A stretch of DNA of 64,000 nucleotides, from assembly GCA_049889395.1 (NCBI GenBank), contig JBMHDM010000015.1, forward strand, positions 111,103-175,102. The letters run 5' to 3'. Below are positions 9,993 through 19,906 of this stretch, one piece after another (position 1 is the stretch's first letter; each line of letters begins with the position of its first letter). Under the pieces are notes generated by a model. It saw nothing but the letters and a program-made list of their open reading frames with translations, was not told the origin of the DNA and did no database searches. Made by a program: the position numbers and the translations under genes. The stretch is from Flavobacteriaceae bacterium (GTDB lineage: Bacteria > Bacteroidota > Bacteroidia > Flavobacteriales > Flavobacteriaceae).

Positions 9993-11574
9993 TTAACAAA
10001 AGGCGTTTTCTGGGTCTGAAATATTCAGAGAAAATACTTCTTGTGGAATCAACTACATTGGATTTAATTTGCAACAGATTGGCCATACTATGAAAAAAAT
10101 CGTCTGTCATGTATGATCGATCCGGAGCATAAGTTAGATTGGCTTCTTTTTTATAATCTTCAGATTGCCACAAAATGAAGGGAACCTCATACATGCTTTT
10201 TGTGGCTACATCTTCATTGTGACCCGCAAAATCAGCATCTTGAAATAACTCCTCTCCATGATCGGACACATATAAAACTGCACTTTGAGTATTTAATTGT
10301 TTAATTTGTTCTATAATCGAACGAATTATAAAATCATTGTAATAAACTGCGTTATCATAATGATTGACAGTTTTAATATTTGAGGGAGAAGCATGCCTAA
10401 TATTTGGTGGGTTATCTCTAAAAATAATCTGATTTTCTGGGTAGCGATTTTGATACAGCATGTGGGTACCAGCTAGGTGAATTACTATAAATTTTGGAGC
10501 AGAGCTGGGTGATTCCAATAGAGTATTCAATTCTGGCAATAAGGATTCATCCAATATTCTGTTATGGCGCCCATGCATAGTGGTCAAGAAATTGGTTTTT
10601 TGAGAAGAACGAGCCATTTTAGTAATCAAACTTTCATACATTCCAATTGGCCGTTGATTAGATAGCCAATGGGTCTGAAACCCTGCGGTATTTGCTAATT
10701 GAACAATCGACCCCTGTAAAATCAGATTTGGATTTTCGTAATTACCCAAAGTGAGCATTTTGCTAACAGATTCAATAGTATGCGAATTGGAACTTATGAC
10801 ATCATTGTAAATCCAAAGTTCATCTGATAACTTACTTAAATTTGGCGTGGTCTGACGTTGATAACCATAAATACCTAAATTTGAGCGGACAGTCGATTCG
10901 CCTAGTATGAGAACAAATACACCAGACTCATCTTTGGTCAGAGGAGATGTGGCGTCTCTAAAATTACCCTTTGGATTGTTGGCGTAGTCCTCTAAATTCT
11001 TTGAAACTTCTGAATACTCAACATAGGACTTGGCAAACAAGTATGGTAGATTATATATAATGTGAGTTGAAAATTTTAAATAACCAATACTGATTATAAT
11101 GATCAAAATTATCTGTAAAGAATATCTTGAAAAAGTGGATGCAATGGTTTGATATTGCTTATTTAGTTTCTTTAGGGAAAAAATGATTAAACAAAATAGT
11201 ATGACTGCTGAGACAATTTCATGGAAGCCTATGTAAGATTCTAAAAATTCGATGGATTCATCTGAATTACTGTCGAAAACTAAATAAAGTGTTGAAGCAC
11301 TAACAAACACTTTAAACAATAAATAATACAGCGTTTCTAGGATCAACATGACACTAAATCCAACGTAGGCGATGAGACCACAGAAACGTCTTATTTTATG
11401 ATTTCTGACCAGAAGTGAGAAACTCACTAAAACTAATGCAAAAAGGCAATTCTCGATGACATTAAAAATGATTTCGTGCTCATATTTGCATTGAACTAAA
11501 ACAAGCAAAAAAGCCAATAACACTATTGCTAAGTAGCTGAAATACAAATTTTTGAAAACATTTAAACGCTGCAT
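9949..11574 (-). CDS. phosphoethanolamine transferase (EptA/CptA-like, sulfatase-fold) membrane protein
   Basis: About five N-terminal TM helices are followed by a periplasmic alkaline-phosphatase-superfamily domain. That domain carries LGESTVRSNLGIYGYQRQTTPNL (nucleophile region), HLAGTH and VSDHGEEL metal-ligand motifs. Confidence 0.75.
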   Translation of the reverse strand: MQRLNVFKNLYFSYLAIVLLAFLLVLVQCKYEHEIIFNVIENCLFALVLVSFSLLVRNHKIRRFCGLIAYVGFSVMLILETLYYLLFKVFVSASTLYLVFDSNSDESIEFLESYIGFHEIVSAVILFCLIIFSLKKLNKQYQTIASTFSRYSLQIILIIIISIGYLKFSTHIIYNLPYLFAKSYVEYSEVSKNLEDYANNPKGNFRDATSPLTKDESGVFVLILGESTVRSNLGIYGYQRQTTPNLSKLSDELWIYNDVISSNSHTIESVSKMLTLGNYENPNLILQGSIVQLANTAGFQTHWLSNQRPIGMYESLITKMARSSQKTNFLTTMHGRHNRILDESLLPELNTLLESPSSAPKFIVIHLAGTHMLYQNRYPENQIIFRDNPPNIRHASPSNIKTVNHYDNAVYYNDFIIRSIIEQIKQLNTQSAVLYVSDHGEELFQDADFAGHNEDVATKSMYEVPFILWQSEDYKKEANLTYAPDRSYMTDDFFHSMANLLQIKSNVVDSTRSIFSEYFRPRKRLLLNDKNYDTTYSQSRE

Positions 11575-11586
11575 CTTATTGTGGTT

Positions 11587-12876
11587 TTATAGCGAACGAT
11601 TATGACCGAAAAGATTATTCCTGAGAATGAACATTACAACCCCTAAATATATCAAATTGCTGAAAAATAATCCCATTACAACACCTTCAATTTGATTTGT
11701 TTCTATTAATTGCTGACCAAAAATATAATACAAAATTAGACCCAACAACTGTGTGAAAACAAATTGAGTGATTTGTTTTTTGGCTAAAAACTTAAAAGAC
11801 ATAATATTAGCTATAAATCGAGTAAAATCTGCAAAAAGTTGCCATTTAAACAGTAGGGTCATTCCAAGAAATGTCTCATTATAGATGAACAAAACGATAT
11901 ATTCCCGAAGGATATAAACCAAAATCATTCCCGTTGTGACCAATGGGATTAATGATTTATAAATTGACTTTAACTCTGTTCGAAATTCAAAAGTGGTTTT
12001 AATCTGAGCATATCTGGGAAGAATATAAAGCGAAAAAACTGCCAATAGAAATTGCATATAAATTTTTGAAATGGAGGACATCGCCGTCCATATTCCTGCG
12101 TCATTCTCACTTAAACGTTCAGAAATTGATGTTCTAAAATTAATATCAACCAAATTTGAACATACCGTTGCAACAAAAGAAACTAATGTAAACCCAAGAA
12201 GCACCTTGAGCATTGGTGTTTTAAAATTCAAATTGGTAAAACGAATGTATTCATTTAAAGTTTTACCAAAAAGTCCAATCGTTATGATAAACTGAATAAT
12301 TGGGGTTATGGCAATGGCCAATAGTACACCATTAATATTATGGTAATATAAACTAACCAATAGTAAAAGAGATGCCAAAGCATACCATATAATTTCAATT
12401 TTAGCATGAATTTTATAGCACGACAGCCCACTAATAACACCATAAAAAATACGGTTCATGGCAATACAAGGAACCACCACGGCCATTAGCTTAAAAACAA
12501 GCTGATATTCTTCGGAAAATAATAACCAAACCGACAGTTGTGTTGCACCAAAAAAAAGGCCTAAAGACAGCACCAACGTGGACAGCCCAGAAAGAACATA
12601 AACTGTTGAGAATAGCTTTTTTAGTCCATATTGATCAGATTTATACTCGGAAACATACTTCACCACACCGTTGAATACTCCAAAAGTGGACAAACTGGTT
12701 AATATCCCAGATAAATTTCTAATTTGACCCACTTTTGCAATACCTGACTGACCGGTATATTGAGCCAAAAGGTTTTGAACAATTAATGAGATCACTAATC
12801 GAATACCGACCACAATAGTGTTCAAAGATGTGATCTTAAGTATGAGATTATTAGAAATAAATTTTGGTAATTTCAA
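11587..12876 (-). CDS. Wzx-type polysaccharide / O-antigen flippase (MOP superfamily)
   Basis: 429 aa and almost entirely hydrophobic (about 12 TM helices). The position next to glycosyltransferases fits a flippase. The start is inferred as TTG, since no in-frame ATG occurs near the N-terminus. Confidence 0.7.
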   Translation of the reverse strand: MKLPKFISNNLILKITSLNTIVVGIRLVISLIVQNLLAQYTGQSGIAKVGQIRNLSGILTSLSTFGVFNGVVKYVSEYKSDQYGLKKLFSTVYVLSGLSTLVLSLGLFFGATQLSVWLLFSEEYQLVFKLMAVVVPCIAMNRIFYGVISGLSCYKIHAKIEIIWYALASLLLLVSLYYHNINGVLLAIAITPIIQFIITIGLFGKTLNEYIRFTNLNFKTPMLKVLLGFTLVSFVATVCSNLVDINFRTSISERLSENDAGIWTAMSSISKIYMQFLLAVFSLYILPRYAQIKTTFEFRTELKSIYKSLIPLVTTGMILVYILREYIVLFIYNETFLGMTLLFKWQLFADFTRFIANIMSFKFLAKKQITQFVFTQLLGLILYYIFGQQLIETNQIEGVVMGLFFSNLIYLGVVMFILRNNLFGHNRSL

Positions 12877-12962
12877 AACGAAAAATGGTTTACTAAAACA
12901 TATGAATATGTTCTAAACGCCTGACTTTAATATTTGTTGCGCATATTAAAAAGATTTTAAAT

Positions 12963-13193
12963 TTACTTTTTTTTCTTCAAAATCAAATAATATAAATTAA
13001 TACCAAAAATTGCAGCATTAGAAAGAATAACTGGAGTGGATGATATCTTTAAACCATAAACGATGAATAACATACAGGCAATAGAATTGACAATACGCAA
13101 AGAGTTCAACGTCTTCATGGTGAAAGAACTCAGAAGAATAACTGTAGCTATATATCCGATCCATTCTGTGGTTGGGATGCCTAAAAACTCCAT
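12963..13193 (-). CDS. small three-helix membrane protein (resembles the family I recall as CBU_0592-like)
   Basis: 76 aa with three hydrophobic segments and a KKKK tail. Its ATG directly abuts the typA TAA stop (TAAATG on the minus strand). Confidence 0.55.
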   Translation of the reverse strand: MEFLGIPTTEWIGYIATVILLSSFTMKTLNSLRIVNSIACMLFIVYGLKISSTPVILSNAAIFGINLYYLILKKKK

Positions 13194-14993
13194 TTATGAC
13201 AATTTATGACGTTTTCGATCGACCTCCCGTAGCAATACTTTTCTAAGTCGTAAACTATTTGGAGTCACTTCAACATATTCATCTTTTTGAATGTATTCGA
13301 GGGCTTCCTCCAATGAAAATTTTATGGCAGGTACAATTCGAGCCTTATCGTCCGCTCCAGCACTTCTCACATTGGTAAGTTTTTTGGTTTTAGTTACATT
13401 GACAACCATATCATCCTGTCGAGAGTTTTCTCCAATGACCTGTCCTTCATAGATCGCTTCTCCGGGATCGATAAAAAATTTACCCCGTTCTTGAAGTTTA
13501 TCAATCGAATAAGGAATAGCTGTTCCATTCTCCATAGAAACAAGAGAACCATTTTGACGTTCTGGAATACCGCCTTTTAGTGGTTGATATTCTTTGAATC
13601 GATGTGCCATAATGGCCTCCCCTGCTGTAGCGGTTAGAAGTTGATTTCTCAACCCAATAATTCCTCTTGAAGGAATCACAAATTGGCATATCATACGTTG
13701 TCCTTTAATTTCCATGCTCAAAAGTTCGCCTTTGCGCAGCGTAACCATTTCAACCGCTTTTCCAGAAAGTTGTTCTGGAAGATCAATGGTCATTTCCTCA
13801 ACGGGTTCGCATTGAACACCATTTTGTTCTTTAATTATAACTTGTGGTTGTCCAATTTGAAGTTCATAACCCTCTCTTCGCATGGTTTCAATGAGAACTG
13901 ATAAATGTAAAACACCACGCCCAAAAACCATAAATTTATCTGCGCTATTGGTGGGTTCTACTCTTAGGGCTAAATTCTTTTCTAGCTCTTTTTCTAATCG
14001 TTCTTTCAAATGTCTTGACGTCACGTACTTTCCTTCTTTGCCAAAAAATGGAGAATCATTAATTGTAAACAACATGCTCATCGTAGGCTCGTCTATAGCA
14101 ATGGTTTCCAAGGCTTCTGGCGCGTCAATATCTGCTATAGTATCTCCAATTTCAAATCCCTCCAAGCCGACTATGGCACAAATTTCACCAGCAGAAATTA
14201 CATCTACTTTTTGGCGGCCCAACCCTTCAAAAACATACAGCTCTTTAATTTTTGATTTCAAAATTCTGCCATCTCTCTTTATTAGAGATACAGCTTGATT
14301 AGTCTGAAGAGTCCCGCGCTGTAGGCGGCCAATGGCTATTCTTCCTGTGAAAGACGAGTAATCTAATGATGTAATGAGCATTTGAGTATTACCCGGTTTA
14401 AATTCTGGAGTAGGAATATGATCAATTACCATATCCAAAAGGGGTTTGATTGTTTCGGTCTTTTTGGTCCAATCTTCACTCATCCAATTGAATTTTGCTG
14501 AGCCGTAAACGGTCGGAAAATCGAGCTGCCATTCTTCCGCACCTAATTCAAACATTAAGTCAAAAACGGCTTCATGAACTTCATCAGGAGTACAATTTTC
14601 CTTGTCGACTTTATTGATAACAACACAAGGTTTTAAGCCCATTTGAATAGCTTTTTGAAGCACAAAACGAGTTTGTGGCATTGGTCCTTCAAAAGCATCA
14701 ACAAGAAGTAAAACACCGTCTGCCATATTTAAAACCCGTTCTACTTCGCCTCCAAAATCGGCGTGCCCAGGTGTATCAATGATGTTTATTTTGGTATTTT
14801 GATAAACTACCGAAACATTTTTTGAGGTAATCGTAATGCCTCTTTCGCGTTCCAAATCGTTATGATCCAAAATCAAATCGCCTTTATTTTCGTTGTCTCG
14901 AAATAATTGGCAGTGGTATAAAATTTTATCGACCAAAGTAGTTTTACCATGATCTACGTGTGCAATAATTGCAATATTCTTTGTTTGATTCAT
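13194..14993 (-). CDS. typA: translational GTPase TypA/BipA
   Basis: GTPase motifs [21 protein letters not shown] and NKVD are present. The overall EF-G-like architecture with a BipA-specific C-terminal domain spans 599 aa. Confidence 0.95.
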   Translation of the reverse strand: MNQTKNIAIIAHVDHGKTTLVDKILYHCQLFRDNENKGDLILDHNDLERERGITITSKNVSVVYQNTKINIIDTPGHADFGGEVERVLNMADGVLLLVDAFEGPMPQTRFVLQKAIQMGLKPCVVINKVDKENCTPDEVHEAVFDLMFELGAEEWQLDFPTVYGSAKFNWMSEDWTKKTETIKPLLDMVIDHIPTPEFKPGNTQMLITSLDYSSFTGRIAIGRLQRGTLQTNQAVSLIKRDGRILKSKIKELYVFEGLGRQKVDVISAGEICAIVGLEGFEIGDTIADIDAPEALETIAIDEPTMSMLFTINDSPFFGKEGKYVTSRHLKERLEKELEKNLALRVEPTNSADKFMVFGRGVLHLSVLIETMRREGYELQIGQPQVIIKEQNGVQCEPVEEMTIDLPEQLSGKAVEMVTLRKGELLSMEIKGQRMICQFVIPSRGIIGLRNQLLTATAGEAIMAHRFKEYQPLKGGIPERQNGSLVSMENGTAIPYSIDKLQERGKFFIDPGEAIYEGQVIGENSRQDDMVVNVTKTKKLTNVRSAGADDKARIVPAIKFSLEEALEYIQKDEYVEVTPNSLRLRKVLLREVDRKRHKLS

Positions 14994-15013
14994 TCCAAAA
15001 GCATTAGGAATGG

Positions 15014-15021
15014 CAAAGGTA
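15014..15021 (-). promoter_or_regulatory. candidate Bacteroidota -7 promoter box (TAnnTTTG)
   Basis: The minus strand reads TACCTTTG, 20 nt upstream of the typA ATG. Confidence 0.4.
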
Positions 15022-15078
15022 CACTTAATTTTAGGACTATATCGACCGATTCAAAGAACCTTAACAAACAAATTTAAT

Positions 15079-15086
15079 TATATTTG
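15079..15086 (+). promoter_or_regulatory. candidate Bacteroidota -7 promoter box (TAnnTTTG)
   Basis: TATATTTG lies 20 nt upstream of the kdsA ATG at 15107. Confidence 0.45.
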
Positions 15087-15106
15087 TAGCCGAAAAAGAT
15101 ACGCCA

Positions 15107-15925
15107 ATGCAATTGCACACCATTCCTAAGTTGAAGCACACAGATTCTGATCAATTCTTTTTATTGGCTGGACCCTGCGCTATTGAAGGTGAGGACATGG
15201 CACTGAGGATAGCAGAGCAAATTTGTAAAATTACAGATGAACTAAAAATTCCATTCGTTTTTAAAGGGAGTTTTAAAAAAGCTAACCGTAGTCGAATAGA
15301 TAGTTTTACGGGCATTGGTAATGAGAAAGCTTTAAAGATTTTAAAACGGGTTTCTGAAACTTTTGACATCCCCACTATCACTGACATTCATGAAGTTAGT
15401 GATGCGACAACGGCCTCAGAATATGTCGATGTATTACAAATTCCTGCATTTTTGGTTCGACAAACCGATCTGGTAGTAGCAGCCGCAAAAACGGGAAAAG
15501 TTGTTAATCTCAAAAAAGGACAATTCATGAGTCCGGAAGCGATGCAACATGCGGTAAAAAAAGTAAAAGACAGCGGGAATGATAAGGTTTGGATTACTGA
15601 AAGGGGGAATATGTTTGGTTATCAAGATATGATAGTAGATTTTAGAGGAATCCCAACCATGCGCCAATATGCACCTACTGTGTTGGATGTTACACACTCA
15701 CTTCAACAGCCCAATCAGAACAGTGGGGTTACGGGCGGTAGACCAGAAATGATTGAAACCATTGCCAGAGCCGGAGTCGTTAACAATGTCGATGGATTAT
15801 TTATTGAAACTCATTTTGATCCTGCTAATGCTAAAAGCGACGGGGCCAATATGCTTCATTTAAATCATTTAGAGCAATTGCTTCAGAATCTTGTTGCTAT
15901 CCGAAAAACGATTCAATCTTTTTAG
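15107..15925 (+). CDS. kdsA: 3-deoxy-8-phosphooctulonate (KDO-8-P) synthase
   Basis: 272 aa with a DAHP/KDO8P synthase TIM-barrel pattern (LLAGPCAIE, FKGSFKKANRS, LQIPAFL.RQTDL, DVTHSLQ.P). Confidence 0.9.
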   Translation: MQLHTIPKLKHTDSDQFFLLAGPCAIEGEDMALRIAEQICKITDELKIPFVFKGSFKKANRSRIDSFTGIGNEKALKILKRVSETFDIPTITDIHEVSDATTASEYVDVLQIPAFLVRQTDLVVAAAKTGKVVNLKKGQFMSPEAMQHAVKKVKDSGNDKVWITERGNMFGYQDMIVDFRGIPTMRQYAPTVLDVTHSLQQPNQNSGVTGGRPEMIETIARAGVVNNVDGLFIETHFDPANAKSDGANMLHLNHLEQLLQNLVAIRKTIQSF

Positions 15926-15928
15926 CCA

Positions 15929-17332
15929 TTAATTCTTTATTGGGCTATTATTTTCTATGCTGTTAAAACCATATTTATCAACCAGATAAATTAAGGATGT
16001 CATGGTGGCGGCACCTAACTCCAGTTCGCGTTTATTTACTGCATCAAACGTATCATTCGAGGCATGATGATGGTCAAAATATCGTTGTGAATCGGGACGT
16101 AAACCTGATAGAACAAGATCGTTATTTTTAAGTGGCCCTATGTCTGCACCGCTACCACCCTTTTTGAAATAATGAATCAAGTAAGGTTCGAAGAGTGGTT
16201 TCCATTTCAGAATTTGATTGATTTTATAATCAGGACCATCAAAGGAAAATCCTCTTGGGGTGAATCCACCAGCATCACTTTCTAGTGCAAAAATGTGTTT
16301 CTCGCCTTTGTTTTTAGCAATTTCAGCATATTTTCTTCCGCCCCGTAGTCCATTTTCTTCATTCATAAAAAGTACCACTCGAATAGTTCTTTTGGGCCTA
16401 ATACCAGTTTGTTTAAAAAGACGTAGAACCTCCATGGATTGTACACATCCGGCTCCATCATCATGAGATCCATCTCCCAAATCCCAAGAATCTAGATGTC
16501 CGCCAACAATAATAATTTCATTTGGAAATTGGCTGCCTTTAAGCTCTCCAATAACATTATATGATAAAACATCTTTGAGCTGCTTACAATTTTGCTTAAA
16601 ATAAAACTTAATCTTAGGATCAATTTTCAACATTCCACTCAGCCGTTCGGCATCATTTGTACTTATGGCAGCTGAAGGAATTCTGTTTTTGACTGGCGTA
16701 TCGCCATATGACATTGCGCCAGTGTGAGGAAGGTCATCTAGTCGTAAGTTCATAGATCTCACAATCATACCGACTGCACCATATTTGGCAGCTTCTTTGG
16801 CGCCACTGTAGCGTTGATCTACACAACCACCGTAGGCCTCAAATGTAGAAATTAAATCAGGTTGCATGGGCCTGTTAAAGAACACAATTTTCCCTTCAAT
16901 ATCGGAACGTGGTATGGCTTTCAATTCATCAATTCCCTTCACTTCAATTACTTCAGCCTTTAACCCTTGAAGTGGGGTAGCTACAGATCCACCCAATGCA
17001 CATAAATTGACTGGGATAGTTTTTCCAGGAGCAGTCTCTATGTATGAAAATTCTGGATTGCCTCGAACCCATTTTGGGACCATCACTGGCTGTAGCCATA
17101 CCCGATCTAACTCAAGTTTTTCTAACTCTGTTTTGGTATACTCAATAGCTAACTCGGCATTTAGGGAACCCGATAAACGGCCTCCAATTTCATTGGACAA
17201 ATAATCTAACCACTGATAGCTTTGCCCATTTGCTAGGGATGCTTTGTAAATTTTCTGAAGTTGATCTTTATCATTTTGAGCGATTATTGTAAACCCAAAA
17301 CTTAAAAGAAAAAGTGTGATTTTTATGTTCAT
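15929..17332 (-). CDS. M28 family zinc aminopeptidase (secreted)
   Basis: A signal peptide is present, followed by GGHLDSWDLG..DDGAG, NEENGLRG and HH..NDT metal-ligand motifs of the M28 family. Confidence 0.85.
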   Translation of the reverse strand: MNIKITLFLLSFGFTIIAQNDKDQLQKIYKASLANGQSYQWLDYLSNEIGGRLSGSLNAELAIEYTKTELEKLELDRVWLQPVMVPKWVRGNPEFSYIETAPGKTIPVNLCALGGSVATPLQGLKAEVIEVKGIDELKAIPRSDIEGKIVFFNRPMQPDLISTFEAYGGCVDQRYSGAKEAAKYGAVGMIVRSMNLRLDDLPHTGAMSYGDTPVKNRIPSAAISTNDAERLSGMLKIDPKIKFYFKQNCKQLKDVLSYNVIGELKGSQFPNEIIIVGGHLDSWDLGDGSHDDGAGCVQSMEVLRLFKQTGIRPKRTIRVVLFMNEENGLRGGRKYAEIAKNKGEKHIFALESDAGGFTPRGFSFDGPDYKINQILKWKPLFEPYLIHYFKKGGSGADIGPLKNNDLVLSGLRPDSQRYFDHHHASNDTFDAVNKRELELGAATMTSLIYLVDKYGFNSIENNSPIKN

Positions 17333-17400
17333 GTCCTTGAGATTTGTTGTAAATATAACTTTTGAAGTATTAGATTTATAATAATAAAATCATAAAATAC

Positions 17401-18567
17401 TTATGCTTTGCTGCCAAACATTCGAACATCTTCATCGGAAATTACTGATGATCCTAAGATTATCAGACGTTCAACAACATTTCGTAATTCGCGAATGTTA
17501 CCAGTCCAGTCATAGTTTTTAAGAAGTTTAATCGCTTTTTCTGAGAACTGTTTTGGAACAGTACCTTGATCCTTAGCAATTTGAGCACAGAAAAAATCAA
17601 TTAGTAGAGGGATATCGTCCCGTCTGTCGTTTAGAGCGGGTACTCTGATGATGATGACCGCCAATCGGTGGTACAAATCTTCCCTAAAACGGCCCTCTAA
17701 TATTTCCTTTTTTAAATCTTTATTGGTGGCAGCTAGCACACGAACATCGACTTTAATATCTTTATCACTTCCCACACGCTGAATTCGGTTTTCTTGTAAA
17801 GCCCTCAATACTTTGGCTTGAGCAGATAGACTCATATCGCCAATCTCATCTAAAAATAAAGTTCCAGAATTTGCGGCTTCGAATTTGCCAGCTCGATCTT
17901 TATTGGCACTTGTGAAAGCACCTTTTACATGTCCAAACAACTCGCTTTCAATGAGTTCGCTAGGAATGGCAGCGCAGTTGACTTCAACCATTGGACCTTT
18001 GCATCGCTCGCTTTTTTGATGTAACCAGTGTGCCACTAGTTCCTTACCCGTTCCGTTGGGCCCAGTAATTAGAACACGTGCTTCGGTTGGTGCTACTTTA
18101 TTGATAATTGTCTTGATATGTTCTATGGGTTGGCTTTTACCAACCATATTATATTTTTGGCTAATTCGTTTTTTGAGTTGTTTGTTTTCTTTGACTAGAG
18201 CTTTTCGGTCTAGGGCATGTCTAACTGTATTAAGAAGTCGATTTAGGTCTGGGGGTTTTGAGATATAGTCAAAAGCTCCGAGACGCATGGTGCTTACAGC
18301 GGTTTCTAAATCACCATGTCCAGATATCATAACTATTGGCGTTTCTGGTTTGAGTTTCTTTATGGCTTCTAAAACTTCAACACCATCCATTTTTGGCATT
18401 TTAATGTCACATAATACCAAATCAAAATCTTCTTTTTTTATCATTTCAACTCCTGATAAACCATCACCTGCTTGTGAAACTTGGTATTTAGGATTTTCTT
18501 CAGAAAGAATTTTGACTAATACTCTTCTAATAGCCTCTTCATCTTCAATGATTAGTATTTTAGACAT
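17401..18567 (-). CDS. sigma-54-dependent response regulator (REC + AAA+), lacking a C-terminal DNA-binding domain
   Basis: The REC domain has [19 protein letters not shown] and ISKP. The AAA+ domain has Walker A GPNGTGKE, Walker [16 protein letters not shown] and a GAFTSA (GAFTGA-variant) loop. The protein ends about 25 aa after [10 protein letters not shown] with no Fis-type HTH. Confidence 0.85.
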   Translation of the reverse strand: MSKILIIEDEEAIRRVLVKILSEENPKYQVSQAGDGLSGVEMIKKEDFDLVLCDIKMPKMDGVEVLEAIKKLKPETPIVMISGHGDLETAVSTMRLGAFDYISKPPDLNRLLNTVRHALDRKALVKENKQLKKRISQKYNMVGKSQPIEHIKTIINKVAPTEARVLITGPNGTGKELVAHWLHQKSERCKGPMVEVNCAAIPSELIESELFGHVKGAFTSANKDRAGKFEAANSGTLFLDEIGDMSLSAQAKVLRALQENRIQRVGSDKDIKVDVRVLAATNKDLKKEILEGRFREDLYHRLAVIIIRVPALNDRRDDIPLLIDFFCAQIAKDQGTVPKQFSEKAIKLLKNYDWTGNIRELRNVVERLIILGSSVISDEDVRMFGSKA

Positions 18568-18595
18568 GGTCTTGTTTCGTTTTGATGATTTAAAG

Positions 18596-19906
18596 TTAGT
18601 ATTTTAACCACTTCAAGAGTTCTTTGTAGGTTGGTTTTTTTCCGTACATTAAAATACCAACACGATAAATCTTGGCGGCAAACCAAACCGCAAATACAAA
18701 AGTCATGGCTAAAATAAATAGCGATAATATTTGTTCCCACAGTGGTACACCAAAGGGAATCCTCATCAGCATAACTACGGGAGAGGTAAAGGGAATGAAA
18801 GAAAACACAGTTGAAATAGTGCCATGAGGATCTTCAATTACTGTAAACACACCGACATAAACGGCTAATATAAGCGGCATCAAAATAGGAAACATAAACT
18901 GCTGGGTATCTGTTTCATTATCTACGGCTGCTCCTACGGCAGCATACAATGAACTGTAAAGAAGATATCCCCCAACGAAAAATAATACAAATGCGATAAC
19001 TAGGTTTAGTATGGGCAGGGCATAAAATTCGGTAACTATGTTTTGAATTTCAGAATTAGCTACCGAATTAGTTACTGCATCATTAATAAGTTCTTGTTGT
19101 GGGGTTTGAACAGGTGCTAAGTCTATTCCAAAAATTGTTGTGGAAACCAATAACATGACAAATCCTAAAATGACCCAAACAACAAATTGCGTTAATCCAG
19201 CTAGTGAGGTTCCGAAAATTTTACCCAACATCAATTGAATGGGCTTTACAGATGAGATTATGACCTCAATAATACGGCTTGTTTTTTCTTCAATTACACT
19301 CCTCATGATTAAATTCCCATATATGATTATAAACATAAAGAGAAGATAACCAGCGGCACCGCCAAACATGAGTTTCATGGCGCTTCCTGCTTTCGAAGTC
19401 TGAACGCCTTCAAAGCTTTCTTGATTTAAACTAATATTGGTGTCAGCTGCCTTAATTTTTTTCAAATCAACACCAGCTTGCCTTAATTTAAGTTCTTTAA
19501 GTTGGGTTTCTATTTTGGCTTCTAGAGCTGTAATAAATGTCAATGAAGGCGAATCTTCGGAGTAAAACTTAATATGCTCAGAAATTGAATTCAAAGGAAG
19601 CTGGGGAATATAAAGCAGTCCATAGGCATTGTTTTTGTTGGCTAGTGACTTTGCAGTGTTCAAGTCCATGTCTTGGACTAAGTCGTATTTAGTTTGAGAA
19701 GTCGATGACAATGTTTCTTTGAATAACCCAGATTGATCTAACACAATAATATTTCGAACCTTATCATTATTAACGTTACTCAGATATGCTACAAAAAGGA
19801 TTAATGCAACTATAATTAAAGGGCTCAAGAATGTCATCAAAATGAATGACTTGTTTTTAACTTTAGCCAAATATTCTCTTTTGATGATTAATGGCAAGTG
19901 ATTCAT
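18596..19906 (-). CDS. ABC-2 type transporter permease (NatB-like)
   Basis: 436 aa with one N-terminal TM, a roughly 150-aa extracytoplasmic segment and then a cluster of 5-6 TM helices. It overlaps the upstream ATPase gene by 4 nt. Confidence 0.8.
   Translation of the reverse strand: MNHLPLIIKREYLAKVKNKSFILMTFLSPLIIVALILFVAYLSNVNNDKVRNIIVLDQSGLFKETLSSTSQTKYDLVQDMDLNTAKSLANKNNAYGLLYIPQLPLNSISEHIKFYSEDSPSLTFITALEAKIETQLKELKLRQAGVDLKKIKAADTNISLNQESFEGVQTSKAGSAMKLMFGGAAGYLLFMFIIIYGNLIMRSVIEEKTSRIIEVIISSVKPIQLMLGKIFGTSLAGLTQFVVWVILGFVMLLVSTTIFGIDLAPVQTPQQELINDAVTNSVANSEIQNIVTEFYALPILNLVIAFVLFFVGGYLLYSSLYAAVGAAVDNETDTQQFMFPILMPLILAVYVGVFTVIEDPHGTISTVFSFIPFTSPVVMLMRIPFGVPLWEQILSLFILAMTFVFAVWFAAKIYRVGILMYGKKPTYKELLKWLKY

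Noticed and set aside
13882-14298. A 138-aa plus-strand ORF, together with 13683-13901 and 13501-13689.
   Set aside because: These are entirely antisense or out of frame within the strongly supported typA gene. The translation is low-complexity (S/F/K-rich), typical of shadow ORFs in AT-rich DNA.
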